From: Planctomycetota bacterium
GTDB taxonomy: Bacteria > Planctomycetota > B15-G4
Length of the DNA: 64,000 bases
Assembly: GCA_029259745.1 (NCBI GenBank)
Contig: JAJDEO010000048.1
Location: 111,024 to 175,023 of the forward strand
Direction: 5' to 3'
The notes beneath the pieces were generated by a model. It searched no databases, was not told the origin of the DNA, and was given only the letters and a program-made list of their open reading frames with translations. Every line of letters starts with the position of its first letter. The stretch's first letter is position 1. Below, piece after piece: positions 17,808 through 27,843 of this stretch. Both the position numbers and the translations under genes were made by a program.

Positions 17808-20654
17808 TCACGGAAGCTCGCTCGGCACTTCCTGCACGATGCCGTCGATGACCGCCGGCGGGGCCTCGACGGTTGGCTCGGGGCCGATGTCGGGCAAGGT
17901 ATAGACGCTCTCTTCGGGGAGCTCGAGCGCCTCGGCGGCAGTGAGCGTGAGTCCCTCGCAGCCCAGCTCGTCCTCCTGGAGCGTCAGCTCCTTGTCGAGC
18001 GCGCGCACGACGTACTCCGTGCCGGTCGGTCCGACGAGCGTGCCGTCGGCGATGTTGATCCGCGGGTACCAACGGTCCGGGAAGTCGTCGCCATCGAGGT
18101 CGACGGGATCGTGCGGGATGCCGGAGAGGTCGCCATGCCCGTGGAATGTGAGCAGGAACGTCTGGCCGTCGGCAACCGACGAGCCGTTGGCGTCGTCGTC
18201 ACTCGAGTGCTGGTAGGCGAACTCGAGCGGCGGGTCGAAGGAGACGAACGCACCCTCGCCGTCGACGAGCGCCGTGAACTTGTTCCAGGGGTTGGCGCCC
18301 GTCTCGTAGGTGTAGAACTCTTCGGCTTGCCAGATCTCGTCCATCGACGAGAAGCCACTGACATCCGGGACGAGCGGTCCTGTCCGCATGCCCCACTCGA
18401 ACGGGCCACCCTCGGGCACGACGCCGTCGGCGAGTCCGACCTGCGCTTCGCCTTGCTGGTTGCTGATGAGCAACGTCAACGTCTCGGCGTCGAAGCGCAG
18501 CGTGTGTGGCGACTCGACGCTGAGCGGTGCGGGGAGGAAGACGTCGCCGATGTTCGCATCGCTCTGGTCGATGTCGGCGGCGAGCACGTCGAAGAAGCCG
18601 TACAGCGAGAGGTCGCCGTTGGCGAGCTGCGGGTCGTCACCGTCGACGAACTCCTCGCTCCAGACCGTGAAGTTCGCGTTGCCGTGCTCGATGAAGACCG
18701 AGCCTCCGAGAGCGTCACTCCAGAGGCCGAGCCAGCCGATCTGTTGCAGATCAAGCGCCTCGACCTGCTCGCCGGGGAACTCGTCCCAGGTGCCGGTCTG
18801 CTCGTCGAACGTCGCGACCATGAGCCACTCGTCGGAGTCGAAGTCGTAGCGCAGCCGCCAGTGCGTGGGCGCCGTCTGCGGTTCGAACGAATCTTCGAAC
18901 CACTCGAACTCCATGCCGTCGATCGCGGCGAGCGAGAGTTCCTCACGGACGTTGCGAATCAGTCGCCCCGGGGCGACGAAGACGCCGAAGTCCTCGTCCG
19001 AGTCTTCGCCGAACACCTGCTTCGTGACGACATCGCCGGTCTCGAGGTCGTCGGGCGCCCAGACGCCCCAGTACGACGCCCAGCCGTACGACCCTTCGTC
19101 GGTCTCGAATCCGAAGCCGCCGTTGCGCTCGACGCGCTGGCCGGCGTCTTCGCCCGTCGCGTGGTAGAGGCCGTAGCGCCAGATGTTCTCGTGGAACGAG
19201 GCGCGGTCGAAGCACACGTCACCGAACTCGTCGCGCCGCAGCATGTGCGTCTCGTTGAAGGCGATGAGGAAGTCGTGGCTCAGGATGCCCGTGTCGAGCG
19301 GGCCGCTTTCTCCGCCGGCGCCGAGGTCTTCGCCGTAGCGCTGCTCGACGCGGATGCGCGCGAAGCCCTCCGTCTGCTCGGGTGACATGCGCACCGAGAC
19401 GCGCACGCGTGAGGCGTCCTTGCCGGCCTGCACGGGCTGGTCGACGTCGCCGCGCCCTTCGAAGAGAGTGAAGCCCAGCGAGTCGTCGTCGGTGTCGAGC
19501 GTCGTGAGGTTGCCGAATCCGTCGCCGTCGCTCGGCTTGCCGTTGCCGCCGAAGTTGGCCCAGTTCATCGCGAATGAACCGAACGGGTTGGCCTCGGTGC
19601 GCTCCTCGTGGACGACGATCTTGGCGCGGATGTGTGCCTCCTCGTCGAAGTCCTGGGGGCCGCCGTCGGGGCCCGTGTCGCCGTGATCGTCGTTGTTCGG
19701 CACCCACATCTTCACGAGCTGCAACGACGCGTCACTGCCGCGCGCGGAGCTGACCGTCCAGAGCGACGGGGCCTCGGTGATCGGAGCCGACGACTGGCCT
19801 TGAGCGCTCGACGACGACGAGTTGTCGTTGCCGGATTCGCAGCGCGACTCGTCCACCTGGGCGACGTAGTCACCCCGGTTCACCATGTCGGCGTAGCCCG
19901 TCGCCGCGATGTAGCAGAGCAGCGCGTTGACGGAATCGATGGGCTCCATCGCCTGGTCCCAGACGTGCGAGGAGAGCGGGTCTTGTTCGTAGTCGGACTC
20001 GGGCGAAAAGGCCGGCGCGAGGAAGGCTGCGAGCGGCCCGGCGTCGGGAGTGACGACCGACATCTGTTCGGCGACGAGCATGCCGGCGACGCTGCCCGAC
20101 GAGTTGCCGGGGTCGAGATCCTCGATCGCATCCGAGACGTCGCCGATCTTGTCCGTCGTCTTCACCTGCTTGGCGACGAGCTTGTCGGTCTTCTTGCCCA
20201 GGCCGGCGAGCTTCTTCTGGAGCTTCTTGATCAGCTTCGCCTTGGCGGCGGCGTCCTTCGGATCTTCTTCAGGCAGCAGGAGCGCGGCTTCGAGCTGCGC
20301 AGCGAAGTCGTCGATCTGAGCCGAGAGGAGATCGGCTTTCGCCTCGAGCTTCGCGAGTTTGCCCTGGGTCTTGGCGAACTTCTTCTCGAGCTTCGCGATC
20401 TTCTTCGCCTTCTTGGCTTCCGGATCGGCCGCGAAGACATCCGTGGAGAAGTCGAGCGCGCGAACGTCGGAGCTCAGAGCCGTGACGTGCACGGGCAGCG
20501 ATGCGGAGGTGGCCGTGATGCGCGCGGGTTCACGCGGCGCGGGCTGCTCGAGTGCGGAGACCGACCGCGCGTCGTTGGACGGTGCCAACGCGAGCCATGC
20601 GGCAACGAGAACAACAATGGCCAGCGATGCCATCGACTTGGTGTGCGTCATCAA
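17808..20654 (-). CDS. Large secreted hypothetical protein (948 aa)
   Basis: Long ORF with strong codon bias; signal peptide; Lys-rich coiled coil followed by an acidic beta-rich body. Confidence 0.8.
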   Translation of the reverse strand: MMTHTKSMASLAIVVLVAAWLALAPSNDARSVSALEQPAPREPARITATSASLPVHVTALSSDVRALDFSTDVFAADPEAKKAKKIAKLEKKFAKTQGKLAKLEAKADLLSAQIDDFAAQLEAALLLPEEDPKDAAAKAKLIKKLQKKLAGLGKKTDKLVAKQVKTTDKIGDVSDAIEDLDPGNSSGSVAGMLVAEQMSVVTPDAGPLAAFLAPAFSPESDYEQDPLSSHVWDQAMEPIDSVNALLCYIAATGYADMVNRGDYVAQVDESRCESGNDNSSSSSAQGQSSAPITEAPSLWTVSSARGSDASLQLVKMWVPNNDDHGDTGPDGGPQDFDEEAHIRAKIVVHEERTEANPFGSFAMNWANFGGNGKPSDGDGFGNLTTLDTDDDSLGFTLFEGRGDVDQPVQAGKDASRVRVSVRMSPEQTEGFARIRVEQRYGEDLGAGGESGPLDTGILSHDFLIAFNETHMLRRDEFGDVCFDRASFHENIWRYGLYHATGEDAGQRVERNGGFGFETDEGSYGWASYWGVWAPDDLETGDVVTKQVFGEDSDEDFGVFVAPGRLIRNVREELSLAAIDGMEFEWFEDSFEPQTAPTHWRLRYDFDSDEWLMVATFDEQTGTWDEFPGEQVEALDLQQIGWLGLWSDALGGSVFIEHGNANFTVWSEEFVDGDDPQLANGDLSLYGFFDVLAADIDQSDANIGDVFLPAPLSVESPHTLRFDAETLTLLISNQQGEAQVGLADGVVPEGGPFEWGMRTGPLVPDVSGFSSMDEIWQAEEFYTYETGANPWNKFTALVDGEGAFVSFDPPLEFAYQHSSDDDANGSSVADGQTFLLTFHGHGDLSGIPHDPVDLDGDDFPDRWYPRINIADGTLVGPTGTEYVVRALDKELTLQEDELGCEGLTLTAAEALELPEESVYTLPDIGPEPTVEAPPAVIDGIVQEVPSELP

Positions 20655-20743
20655 CGAGCGCCCTCACGAGAAGAATCCGAAGACTCTCCATCGCCCGTGG
20701 CGCAGCTTGGCTTGACGTAGAGTTGTCCCTGAACGCCGGGGTC

Positions 20744-22318
20744 TCATCGTGAGCGAGTCGGCCGCCACCCCTCGGGCGGCGCGATCAGCCGCCGACGGCC
20801 GTCGGAACTGCGGTCGACGGGGCCTTCGGCGAGGGGCTTGGCGTCACCCTCGTGCGGAGCCCAGCGGTCCCAGAGTTGGCAGGTGACGGCCTCGTGTCGC
20901 TGATCGAGAGCCTCGCAATAGTTGGTGTAGATGCAGCGGACGACCTCGGCGCCACGGCCTGCGCGCGTCTTGGCGAACCAGTCGGGGTCGGCGAGGGTCT
21001 GCCGCGCAGAGCCGACGAGGTCGATGTCCCCGCGCTGCAGTGCCCCCTCGGCGACCGCGAATCCGTTGATGCCACCGGCGCCCACGATCGGCGTCGTGTG
21101 TCCGGCATCGCGCACGGCGCGGCGGATGGCTGCGGCGAGCTCGAGGTTGACGCCGAACGGTGCGCGGTCGCCGAAGACGGTCGGCATGCAGGCGTGGCCG
21201 CTCGGCCCCGTGTATGGGTAGACGGCGGCGCCGATCTTCGGCTCGGCGGCGTCTTCGAACTTCCCGCCGCGCGAGATCGACAGCGCGTCGAAGCCGGCCT
21301 CCGCGAAGCGCTCGGCGAACCACACGGCGTCGGCAAGTCGGCTGCCGCCCTCGATGACTTCGTCGCCCAGGAAGCGCGTTGCCACGGTGAAGTCGGCGCC
21401 GACTTCATCGCGCACGGCGCGGTAGACCTCGAGCGGCAGGCGGACGCGGCCCTCGAGCGTGGTGCCGTAGCCGTCATCACGCGCGTTCGTGCGCGAGAGG
21501 AAACTCGCCATGGTGTAGGCGTGCGCATAGTGCAACTCGACGCCGTCGAAGCCCGCGTCGCGAGCCCGCCGTGCCGCGTCGCCGAAGAGCGTGGGGAGCA
21601 CCTCGGGAAGCTCGGCGACGTGCGGGAGGTGGACGTCAGTGACGCGTTCGCGGTGACCGCGGCGCAACGATTCGAGTTCACGCGCGTCGAGCGCCGAGGT
21701 CCACAGAGCGTCGCCGCCGGCGAGGAGTGCCGCGCGCACGGCGTCGTCGTCGGCGACATCCACGCGCGCATCGTGCGCTGCAACGGCCTCGCGGTGCGCG
21801 TCGCGCAGTGCGAGGTAGCGCTCGAAGAAGCGTCGAGGCTCGGGGCGCCGGCGAATGCCCATGAAGTCGATGCACTGGATCAGCAGCCGTGTTTGTCTGT
21901 CACTCGCGTCGGCCACGGCGCGGGCGAGGTCGCGCAGGCCGGGCACGAAGCGGTCGTTCCCGATGCGCAGCAGCGGCCCGCTCGGGACGTCGCGGATCCC
22001 CGTCGCTTCGACGACGATCACGCCTGGGCGTCCGACTGCAAAGCGTCGGTACCAGTCGATCACCTGCGGCGTGACGAAGCCCTCGTTCGTGGCTCGCCAG
22101 GGCACCATCGCCGGGACCCAGGAACGGGTTTGCAGCTCGAGCCCCGACGCGAGACGCAGCGGCGAGAAGAGCAAGCTGCCCTCGGCCTCGTTCGCCGTCG
22201 GCCACGATTCGTCGGGAATCGGGTGACGATTTCGAGCGGCTCCCGACGGGGGTGGGCGCGGCGGCGGGGGCGTCGGGATGTCGGGAAGGTCGGCAGACGG
22301 CACGGCAGGGCACCTCAC
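20744..22318 (-). CDS. NADH:flavin oxidoreductase (old yellow enzyme family)
   Basis: AGFDGVELHYAHAY, FLS..N.RDDGYG, ARQTLADPDW and CIYTNYC motifs; start codon uncertain. Confidence 0.9.
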   Translation of the reverse strand: MRCPAVPSADLPDIPTPPPPRPPPSGAARNRHPIPDESWPTANEAEGSLLFSPLRLASGLELQTRSWVPAMVPWRATNEGFVTPQVIDWYRRFAVGRPGVIVVEATGIRDVPSGPLLRIGNDRFVPGLRDLARAVADASDRQTRLLIQCIDFMGIRRRPEPRRFFERYLALRDAHREAVAAHDARVDVADDDAVRAALLAGGDALWTSALDARELESLRRGHRERVTDVHLPHVAELPEVLPTLFGDAARRARDAGFDGVELHYAHAYTMASFLSRTNARDDGYGTTLEGRVRLPLEVYRAVRDEVGADFTVATRFLGDEVIEGGSRLADAVWFAERFAEAGFDALSISRGGKFEDAAEPKIGAAVYPYTGPSGHACMPTVFGDRAPFGVNLELAAAIRRAVRDAGHTTPIVGAGGINGFAVAEGALQRGDIDLVGSARQTLADPDWFAKTRAGRGAEVVRCIYTNYCEALDQRHEAVTCQLWDRWAPHEGDAKPLAEGPVDRSSDGRRRLIAPPEGWRPTRSR

Positions 22319-22552
22319 GAGGCTGGTCGCCCATCATGGCCCGCCGGGTCCTCGATCTCACGTGTCGCGCAGCGGGACACGCGCTTTGTCAGGCTGTGAG
22401 CCCACGGTAGGCTGTGTGTGCTAGGAAGTTCTGCGGATGCGCGCGGAACGCCCGGCTGCGCGTCGCCCCGACACGCCTGACGCCTTGCCCGCGATCACGA
22501 AGACCCGTGCCTCGTCATCGCAGGCCCCACCGTTTCGACTGACCTTCCTTCC

Positions 22553-23512
22553 ATGACCACTCTCGAACCGCCCCGCGTGAAGTCCAAGCACGTCCGCCTC
22601 CTCGGTGTTCCGATGGATCTGGGGGCTGGCCGGCGTGGCGTCGACATGGGTCCCTCCGCCTTGCGCTACGCCGGACTTGACCAGACGGTCCAAGCTCTCG
22701 GTCACACGTTCGAGGATGGGGGCGACGTCTCGGTGCCGATTCCCGAGCGCCGCGATCGCGACCAGAAGCCGCGCTTCCTGAAGGAGATCACGCGCGTCTG
22801 CCAGCGCCTGGCGCACCGCGTCGAGCACACGCTGGACGAGGGCTCGATGCCGCTCGTCATCGGTGGCGATCACTCGATGGCGATCGGAACGATCGCAGGC
22901 GTCGCGTCGCACTTCCGCAAGAAGAACGAGAAGGTCGGCGTGATCTGGGTCGATGCCCATGCCGACATGAACATTCCCGCGACGTCACCGTCGGGGAACA
23001 TCCACGGCATGCCGCTGGCGTCCGTGCTCGGCTACGGCGCCCCCGAACTCGTCGAACTCGGCGGGTTCTCGCCGAAGGTCGACGCCGACTCGTGCGTGAT
23101 GATCGGGATCCGCTCCGTCGACCGGGGTGAGCTCGAGGTCGTGCTCAAGAGCGGCATCCACTACTTCGAGATGATGAAGATCGATGCGCTCGGGATGAAT
23201 GAAGTCGTCAAGCGCGCGATCAAGATCGCGAGCAAGAACACGGCGGGGATTCATCTGTCGTTCGACATCGATGGCGTCGACCCGATGTTCGCTCCCGGCG
23301 TGGGCACGCCGGTGCCGGGCGGGCTCTCGATGCGCGAGGCGCATCTGCTCTGCGAGATGGTGGCCGACAGCGGGAAGGTCGTCTCGATGGAGTTTGCCGA
23401 GGTGAACCCGATCCACGACAACGCCAACGCCACCGGCGAGCTGTGCCGCGACCTGATCGCCTCGGCGCTCGGTCAGAAGGTCATCCCCGGACTGCCGCCC
23501 GGACGCGACTGA
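22553..23512 (+). CDS. rocF: Arginase
   Basis: GGDHS, DAHAD, SPSGNIHGMP and SFDIDGVDP motifs. Confidence 0.93.
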   Translation: MTTLEPPRVKSKHVRLLGVPMDLGAGRRGVDMGPSALRYAGLDQTVQALGHTFEDGGDVSVPIPERRDRDQKPRFLKEITRVCQRLAHRVEHTLDEGSMPLVIGGDHSMAIGTIAGVASHFRKKNEKVGVIWVDAHADMNIPATSPSGNIHGMPLASVLGYGAPELVELGGFSPKVDADSCVMIGIRSVDRGELEVVLKSGIHYFEMMKIDALGMNEVVKRAIKIASKNTAGIHLSFDIDGVDPMFAPGVGTPVPGGLSMREAHLLCEMVADSGKVVSMEFAEVNPIHDNANATGELCRDLIASALGQKVIPGLPPGRD

Positions 23513-23581
23513 CGAGCCCAGCCTCTCGCAGGTGAGCTCCAGTTCGGTACATTCGGGCAGTCCACCGTCCGGAGATCGTTT

Positions 23582-25144
23582 GTGAAGTTGCACTGGCAGA
23601 TTGTGATCGCACTCGTCCTCGGCGCGATCGTCGGCGGCCTCTTCCAGACGCAACTCGAGGCCGATCCGTACATCGGCGTGAAGTTCGTCGATGCACCGGG
23701 AGGCGGGGCGCTCGTCGAATCGATCGCTGACGGCTCCCCAGCCGCCAAGGCGCAGCTGGCCACGGGCGGCACCGTCGCCGCGCTCGTCCGCCACAACGGC
23801 GACCCCGAGCTCGAGGAGCGCGTCACGATCGGGGGGGCCGCCGACGCCGCCGCCGTGCTGGCTTCGATGGACATGGGCGAGGCCCTCTGGATCGAGTTCG
23901 TCGACGACGCGCGACAGCCGCGTCCCGTCACCGTGACGCTCGCCCCCGACAGCCAGCGCGCCGGGTGGATCAAGCCCTTCGCGTTCATCGCCGAGATCTT
24001 CCTCAGCCTGCTGAAGATGCTCATCGTGCCGGTGATCCTGACGTCGATCATCACGGGCGTGGCGAACGTGGGCTCAGGGCGCGACCTGCGTCGGCTAGGC
24101 ACCAAGACGTTTGCCTACTACCTCACGACGTCACTGTTGGCCGCCGTGCTCGGCCTGACGCTGGTGAACCTCATTCGCCCGGGTGACGGGGCGATGCTCG
24201 GGCTCGCTCCCTCGAACTCGTTCGAAGAGGTCGCGAAGCAGAGCTTCTGGGACATCCTGCTGCGCATGGTGCCGCCCAACATCTTCGCGGCCTTCAGCGA
24301 CAACGCGCAGATGCTGCAGGTGATCGTCTTCGCGCTGTTCTTCGGATTCTTCATCACGCGTGCTGCGCCCGTCCATCGTGAGCGCATGTCGTCGTTCTTC
24401 GAGTCCGCTTTCGAAGTGATGATGGAGATGGCGAAGTTCATCCTCGGCCTGATTCCGTACGGCGTCTTCGCGCTGCTCGTGAAGGTCTTGGCTGAGACGG
24501 GCTTCGCACTGTTCAAGCCACTCGGCCTCTACATGGTGACGGTGGCCGCGGCGCTGCTGATCCACGCGCTCGTCACGCTGCCGATCATCGTGCGCGTCGT
24601 CGGGGGGCTCTCGCCGCTGCGCTGGGCCAAGGCCATGGGGCCGGCGCTGATGACGGCGTTCTCGACGTCGTCTTCGTCGATGACGCTGCCCGTCACGCTC
24701 GAGTCGGTGGAGAAGCGCGGCGGGGTCTCGAACCGCGTGACGTCGTTCGTCCTGCCGCTCGGCGCGACGATCAACATGGACGGCACGGCCTTGTACGAGT
24801 GCATCGGCGTCATCTTCCTGGCGCAGTACTACGCGGGCATCGACCCCGCGCTGACACTCACCCTGACCGACCAGGTGCTCGTCGTGATGATGGCGCTGAT
24901 GGCGTCGGTCGGCGCGGCGGGGATCCCGTCGGCCGGTCTCGTGATGATGCTCACGATCCTCAGCGCGCTCGGGCTGCCCGTCGAAGGCGCGGCGCTGCTG
25001 TTGGCCGTCGACCGCCCGCTCGACATGATGCGCACCGTGGTCAACGTCTGGAGTGACTCGTGCGGCGCTGCCGTGGTCGCGTCGACGGAGAACGAGAGGC
25101 CGCTGGCGCTTACGACGAGCATCATCGAGCCGCGCGACACATAG
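23582..25144 (+). CDS. Dicarboxylate/amino acid:cation symporter (DAACS/GltP) with a PDZ-like insert
   Basis: AFSTSSS, PLGATINMDGTALY and DRPLDMMRTVVN motifs; insert containing VESIADGSPAAKAQL. Confidence 0.92.
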   Translation: MKLHWQIVIALVLGAIVGGLFQTQLEADPYIGVKFVDAPGGGALVESIADGSPAAKAQLATGGTVAALVRHNGDPELEERVTIGGAADAAAVLASMDMGEALWIEFVDDARQPRPVTVTLAPDSQRAGWIKPFAFIAEIFLSLLKMLIVPVILTSIITGVANVGSGRDLRRLGTKTFAYYLTTSLLAAVLGLTLVNLIRPGDGAMLGLAPSNSFEEVAKQSFWDILLRMVPPNIFAAFSDNAQMLQVIVFALFFGFFITRAAPVHRERMSSFFESAFEVMMEMAKFILGLIPYGVFALLVKVLAETGFALFKPLGLYMVTVAAALLIHALVTLPIIVRVVGGLSPLRWAKAMGPALMTAFSTSSSSMTLPVTLESVEKRGGVSNRVTSFVLPLGATINMDGTALYECIGVIFLAQYYAGIDPALTLTLTDQVLVVMMALMASVGAAGIPSAGLVMMLTILSALGLPVEGAALLLAVDRPLDMMRTVVNVWSDSCGAAVVASTENERPLALTTSIIEPRDT

Positions 25145-25157
25145 CGAGAAGGATGCG

Positions 25158-25406
25158 ATGGTGAAATCCGTGTCATGCGGCAAGTGCGGCTCCGGCGAGG
25201 TGCTGCAGGGTGTCCGGCCGATCGGCGGGGCGCACGAGGAGCAGCTCAAGGTGCAGGTCTTCGAGAAGCCGAACGCGACGCTCTTCAAGGGCGCGGTGAG
25301 CGTGCCGCTGCTTGCACACGTCTGCGGCGCCTGCGGGTTCACGGAGCTGTACGCGCAGGAACCCGAGCGACTGCTCGAAGCCCGGCGCCGCGCCAAGCAC
25401 GAGTGA
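25158..25406 (+). CDS. Small zinc-ribbon protein
   Basis: CGKCGS and VCGACGFTELY motifs; GAAGGA RBS. Confidence 0.8.
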   Translation: MVKSVSCGKCGSGEVLQGVRPIGGAHEEQLKVQVFEKPNATLFKGAVSVPLLAHVCGACGFTELYAQEPERLLEARRRAKHE

Positions 25407-25674
25407 CGGAGCTGCCGTCCGTGCGCGGGTTCGCCAAGCAGGTCTCGAAGCCGAGGGCGTGATCGTGCGGAGGCAGGGGGCGGGGTGCTTCGTGACGGGC
25501 CGCACGAGCGAGCTCGCGAGGTCGGTGAAGCGCCGGGCGTTGCGCAGTCTCGTCGACCGCCTCGTGACGGAGGCGGCCCACCTGGGAATCGAGGGTGACG
25601 AGGTCGTCGCCGAACTCGACCGCGCCTTGAAGACCCTGGCGCCCAGCAAGAGTGCAGCAGAGGAGCGACGATGA
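25403..25674 (+). pseudogene. GntR (YtrA-type) regulator remnant
   Basis: ELPSVRGFAKQ in one frame continues as LEAEGVIVRRQGAGCFV in another; the N-terminus and recognition helix are missing. Confidence 0.7.
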
Positions 25675-25947
25675 GTTCCGCTGTTGCGTCCCCTGCCCGC
25701 CGTGCTCGCCAGTGCCACGCACGAGATCGATGATCCGCTCTGGGACACGCGCGCGGCGCGCATCCTTCTCTCCGAGCCGCTGACGATGGATGGTCAACGC
25801 CCCTGGCTCGTCGCCCTGCATCTCGCGGTCACGCTCGGTTTCAGCGCGCTGCTGCGAGGCTGGGCGCGTCAGGCTCACGCCTCGCGTCGACGCACGACGC
25901 TCTGGACGATCATCATCGCCGCGTTCGGGATGACGCGCCGCCGCGCC

Positions 25948-26361
25948 TTACGCCTTGCCCCAGCGGAACGTCACGGGCTTTTCGATCTCGGGGTGCAGGC
26001 TCGCGTGGACGGGGCAACTCAGGGCCGCGCGTTCGAGGAGCGTGCGTGTCTTCTCGTCGGGCTCGACGGGGATGTGCAGCACCGTCGTGAGCTTACCGAT
26101 GCGGCGCACGGGCTCGGCGACCATGTCCTTGATGACGGTGACACGCATGCCCTCGAGATCGACGCCGTGACGATCGGCCACGATGCCCATGATCGTGGCG
26201 ATGCAGGCGCCCAGCGCCGTTGCGACGAGGTCCGTCGGTGAGAACGATTCACCCTTGCCGTGGTTGTCGACGGGCGCGTCGGTGATGACCTCGGTGCCCG
26301 ACGGAGTGTGAGTGGCCTTCGTGCGCAGATCGCCTTCGTACGTGATGTCGATGCGAACCAT
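25948..26361 (-). CDS. OsmC family protein
   Basis: TDAPVDNHGKGESFSPTDL...GAC and CPVHASL motifs. Confidence 0.92.
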   Translation of the reverse strand: MVRIDITYEGDLRTKATHTPSGTEVITDAPVDNHGKGESFSPTDLVATALGACIATIMGIVADRHGVDLEGMRVTVIKDMVAEPVRRIGKLTTVLHIPVEPDEKTRTLLERAALSCPVHASLHPEIEKPVTFRWGKA

Positions 26362-26363
26362 CG

Positions 26364-27038
26364 TCAGGTGTTCCTGTCGGAATGAGAGTGGGTGGGCGCG
26401 TCGTATGAGTCAAGTGAGTCGACGAGTTGCTCGATGATCGCGTGCAGGCAGACTTCGCTGCGTTCGAGCGGCAGCGACGGCTCACCGGTGCCACGACGTT
26501 CGGCCTGCTCGGGAAGGAGCGGCACGTGCACGAAAACCGCGCCGACCTGTGGGTGGCGTCGGAGCATCGTGTAAAGCGAAGCGTTGCAAAGGTGGCGGCC
26601 GGCGTCGACGCTCAATGCGACGGGCAAGCCCGCGGCGCGCAGGCGGTCGGCGAGGGCGGCGAGGGCGAGCCGCGAGTCGAGCGCGTCGGGGCCGTCCGGT
26701 TCGAGGGGCTCGCCGCTGGCGCTGTGACCGCCGTTGTCAGTGGCTCCGCGGAAGTCGATCGCGTTGTGCGCGCGGCTCTCGAGGTCGACGTGCCCGCGCC
26801 CCGTCGCTTGACCGACGAGCACGACGAGGTCGGGACGGATGCGCGCGACGGCCTCGTCGAGCGCGGCCGGCACACGTGTGCGGTCGACGGGCAGCACCGA
26901 TGTGGTGATGCGGATGTCGCGGCGCCGGACGACGAGCGCGTCGAGGCGCTCGACGAGCTGCTGCGAGGGGTTCACGGGTTCGCCGCCGAACGGCTCGAAC
27001 CCCGTCACCAAGACGGATCGTTCGGCGCGATCAGCCAT
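26364..27038 (-). CDS. pcp: Pyroglutamyl-peptidase I
   Basis: LVTGFEPFGGEPVNPS, DAGRHLCN (catalytic Cys) and FVHVP motifs. Confidence 0.92.
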   Translation of the reverse strand: MADRAERSVLVTGFEPFGGEPVNPSQQLVERLDALVVRRRDIRITTSVLPVDRTRVPAALDEAVARIRPDLVVLVGQATGRGHVDLESRAHNAIDFRGATDNGGHSASGEPLEPDGPDALDSRLALAALADRLRAAGLPVALSVDAGRHLCNASLYTMLRRHPQVGAVFVHVPLLPEQAERRGTGEPSLPLERSEVCLHAIIEQLVDSLDSYDAPTHSHSDRNT

Positions 27039-27540
27039 CGTCTCGTTCGTCGAGCGTAAAGTGGTACTCGCCGCGTTGGCCGAGCGTCTCTTCGACGGCC
27101 GCCATGAGGTGATCGACGCGCAGGTCGGGGAAGCGTTCGTCGAGCCGCTTTCGTAGCTCGCGACCAAACCATGTCGCGAGGTTCTCGGCGCTGATGTTGT
27201 TCATCTGCATGATGATCACATCTTCCTCGGGCGCCGCGTAGTAGCGCTCCTTGTAGCGCACTTCGACGACCCCATCCGGGCGTCGCACGGCCTCGAGGAC
27301 GGGGTGCTTACCGGGCACGAGCCAATGCTCGTCGAGCTCGGCGCACATCTCGCGGATGACGGGCTTGACGAGCTTGAAGTCGGCGACGAGTCCGTGCTCA
27401 CAGAGCACAGCAGCGACGTCGACGTAGACGCGGTAGTTGTGACCGTGCAGTCGCTCGGCCGAACCGTCGGGGAAGATGAGGAAGTGTGCCGCGGAGAACT
27501 TGAAGTCCTCCTTCGACATCGAGATCGACCAGTGTTCCAT
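27031..27540 (-). CDS. 6-pyruvoyl-tetrahydropterin synthase / QueD family protein
   Basis: FSAAHF, ERLHGHNY, SAENLA and VEET motifs. Confidence 0.88.
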   Translation of the reverse strand: MEHWSISMSKEDFKFSAAHFLIFPDGSAERLHGHNYRVYVDVAAVLCEHGLVADFKLVKPVIREMCAELDEHWLVPGKHPVLEAVRRPDGVVEVRYKERYYAAPEEDVIIMQMNNISAENLATWFGRELRKRLDERFPDLRVDHLMAAVEETLGQRGEYHFTLDERDDG

Positions 27541-27843
27541 GTGTCTGCCGTGCGCTAGAAGCGTGTGGTGGAAGTGCTTTCGATCGTGGTGGTGTCGGCT
27601 TGGTCGAGACATCGGCGCCCAAACCGAGGGCGAAGTGGCGCTTCATCGAGGTTGGCAACGTGGAGCTCGGCCCGGCGGGCGCTGCCACGGGCGGACTGAC
27701 TGATCCCACACGCTGCTTTGCCTCGGGGTTGCCGTCAGGAGGCGAACATAGACGATCAGAACGGGGAGCGCTCGCCCGACTCCCGGGCCTTCGGTGCGGT
27801 GGTAGTATTCGCACTCTCCCCGTCCTCGCCCGAGCACCATGCC

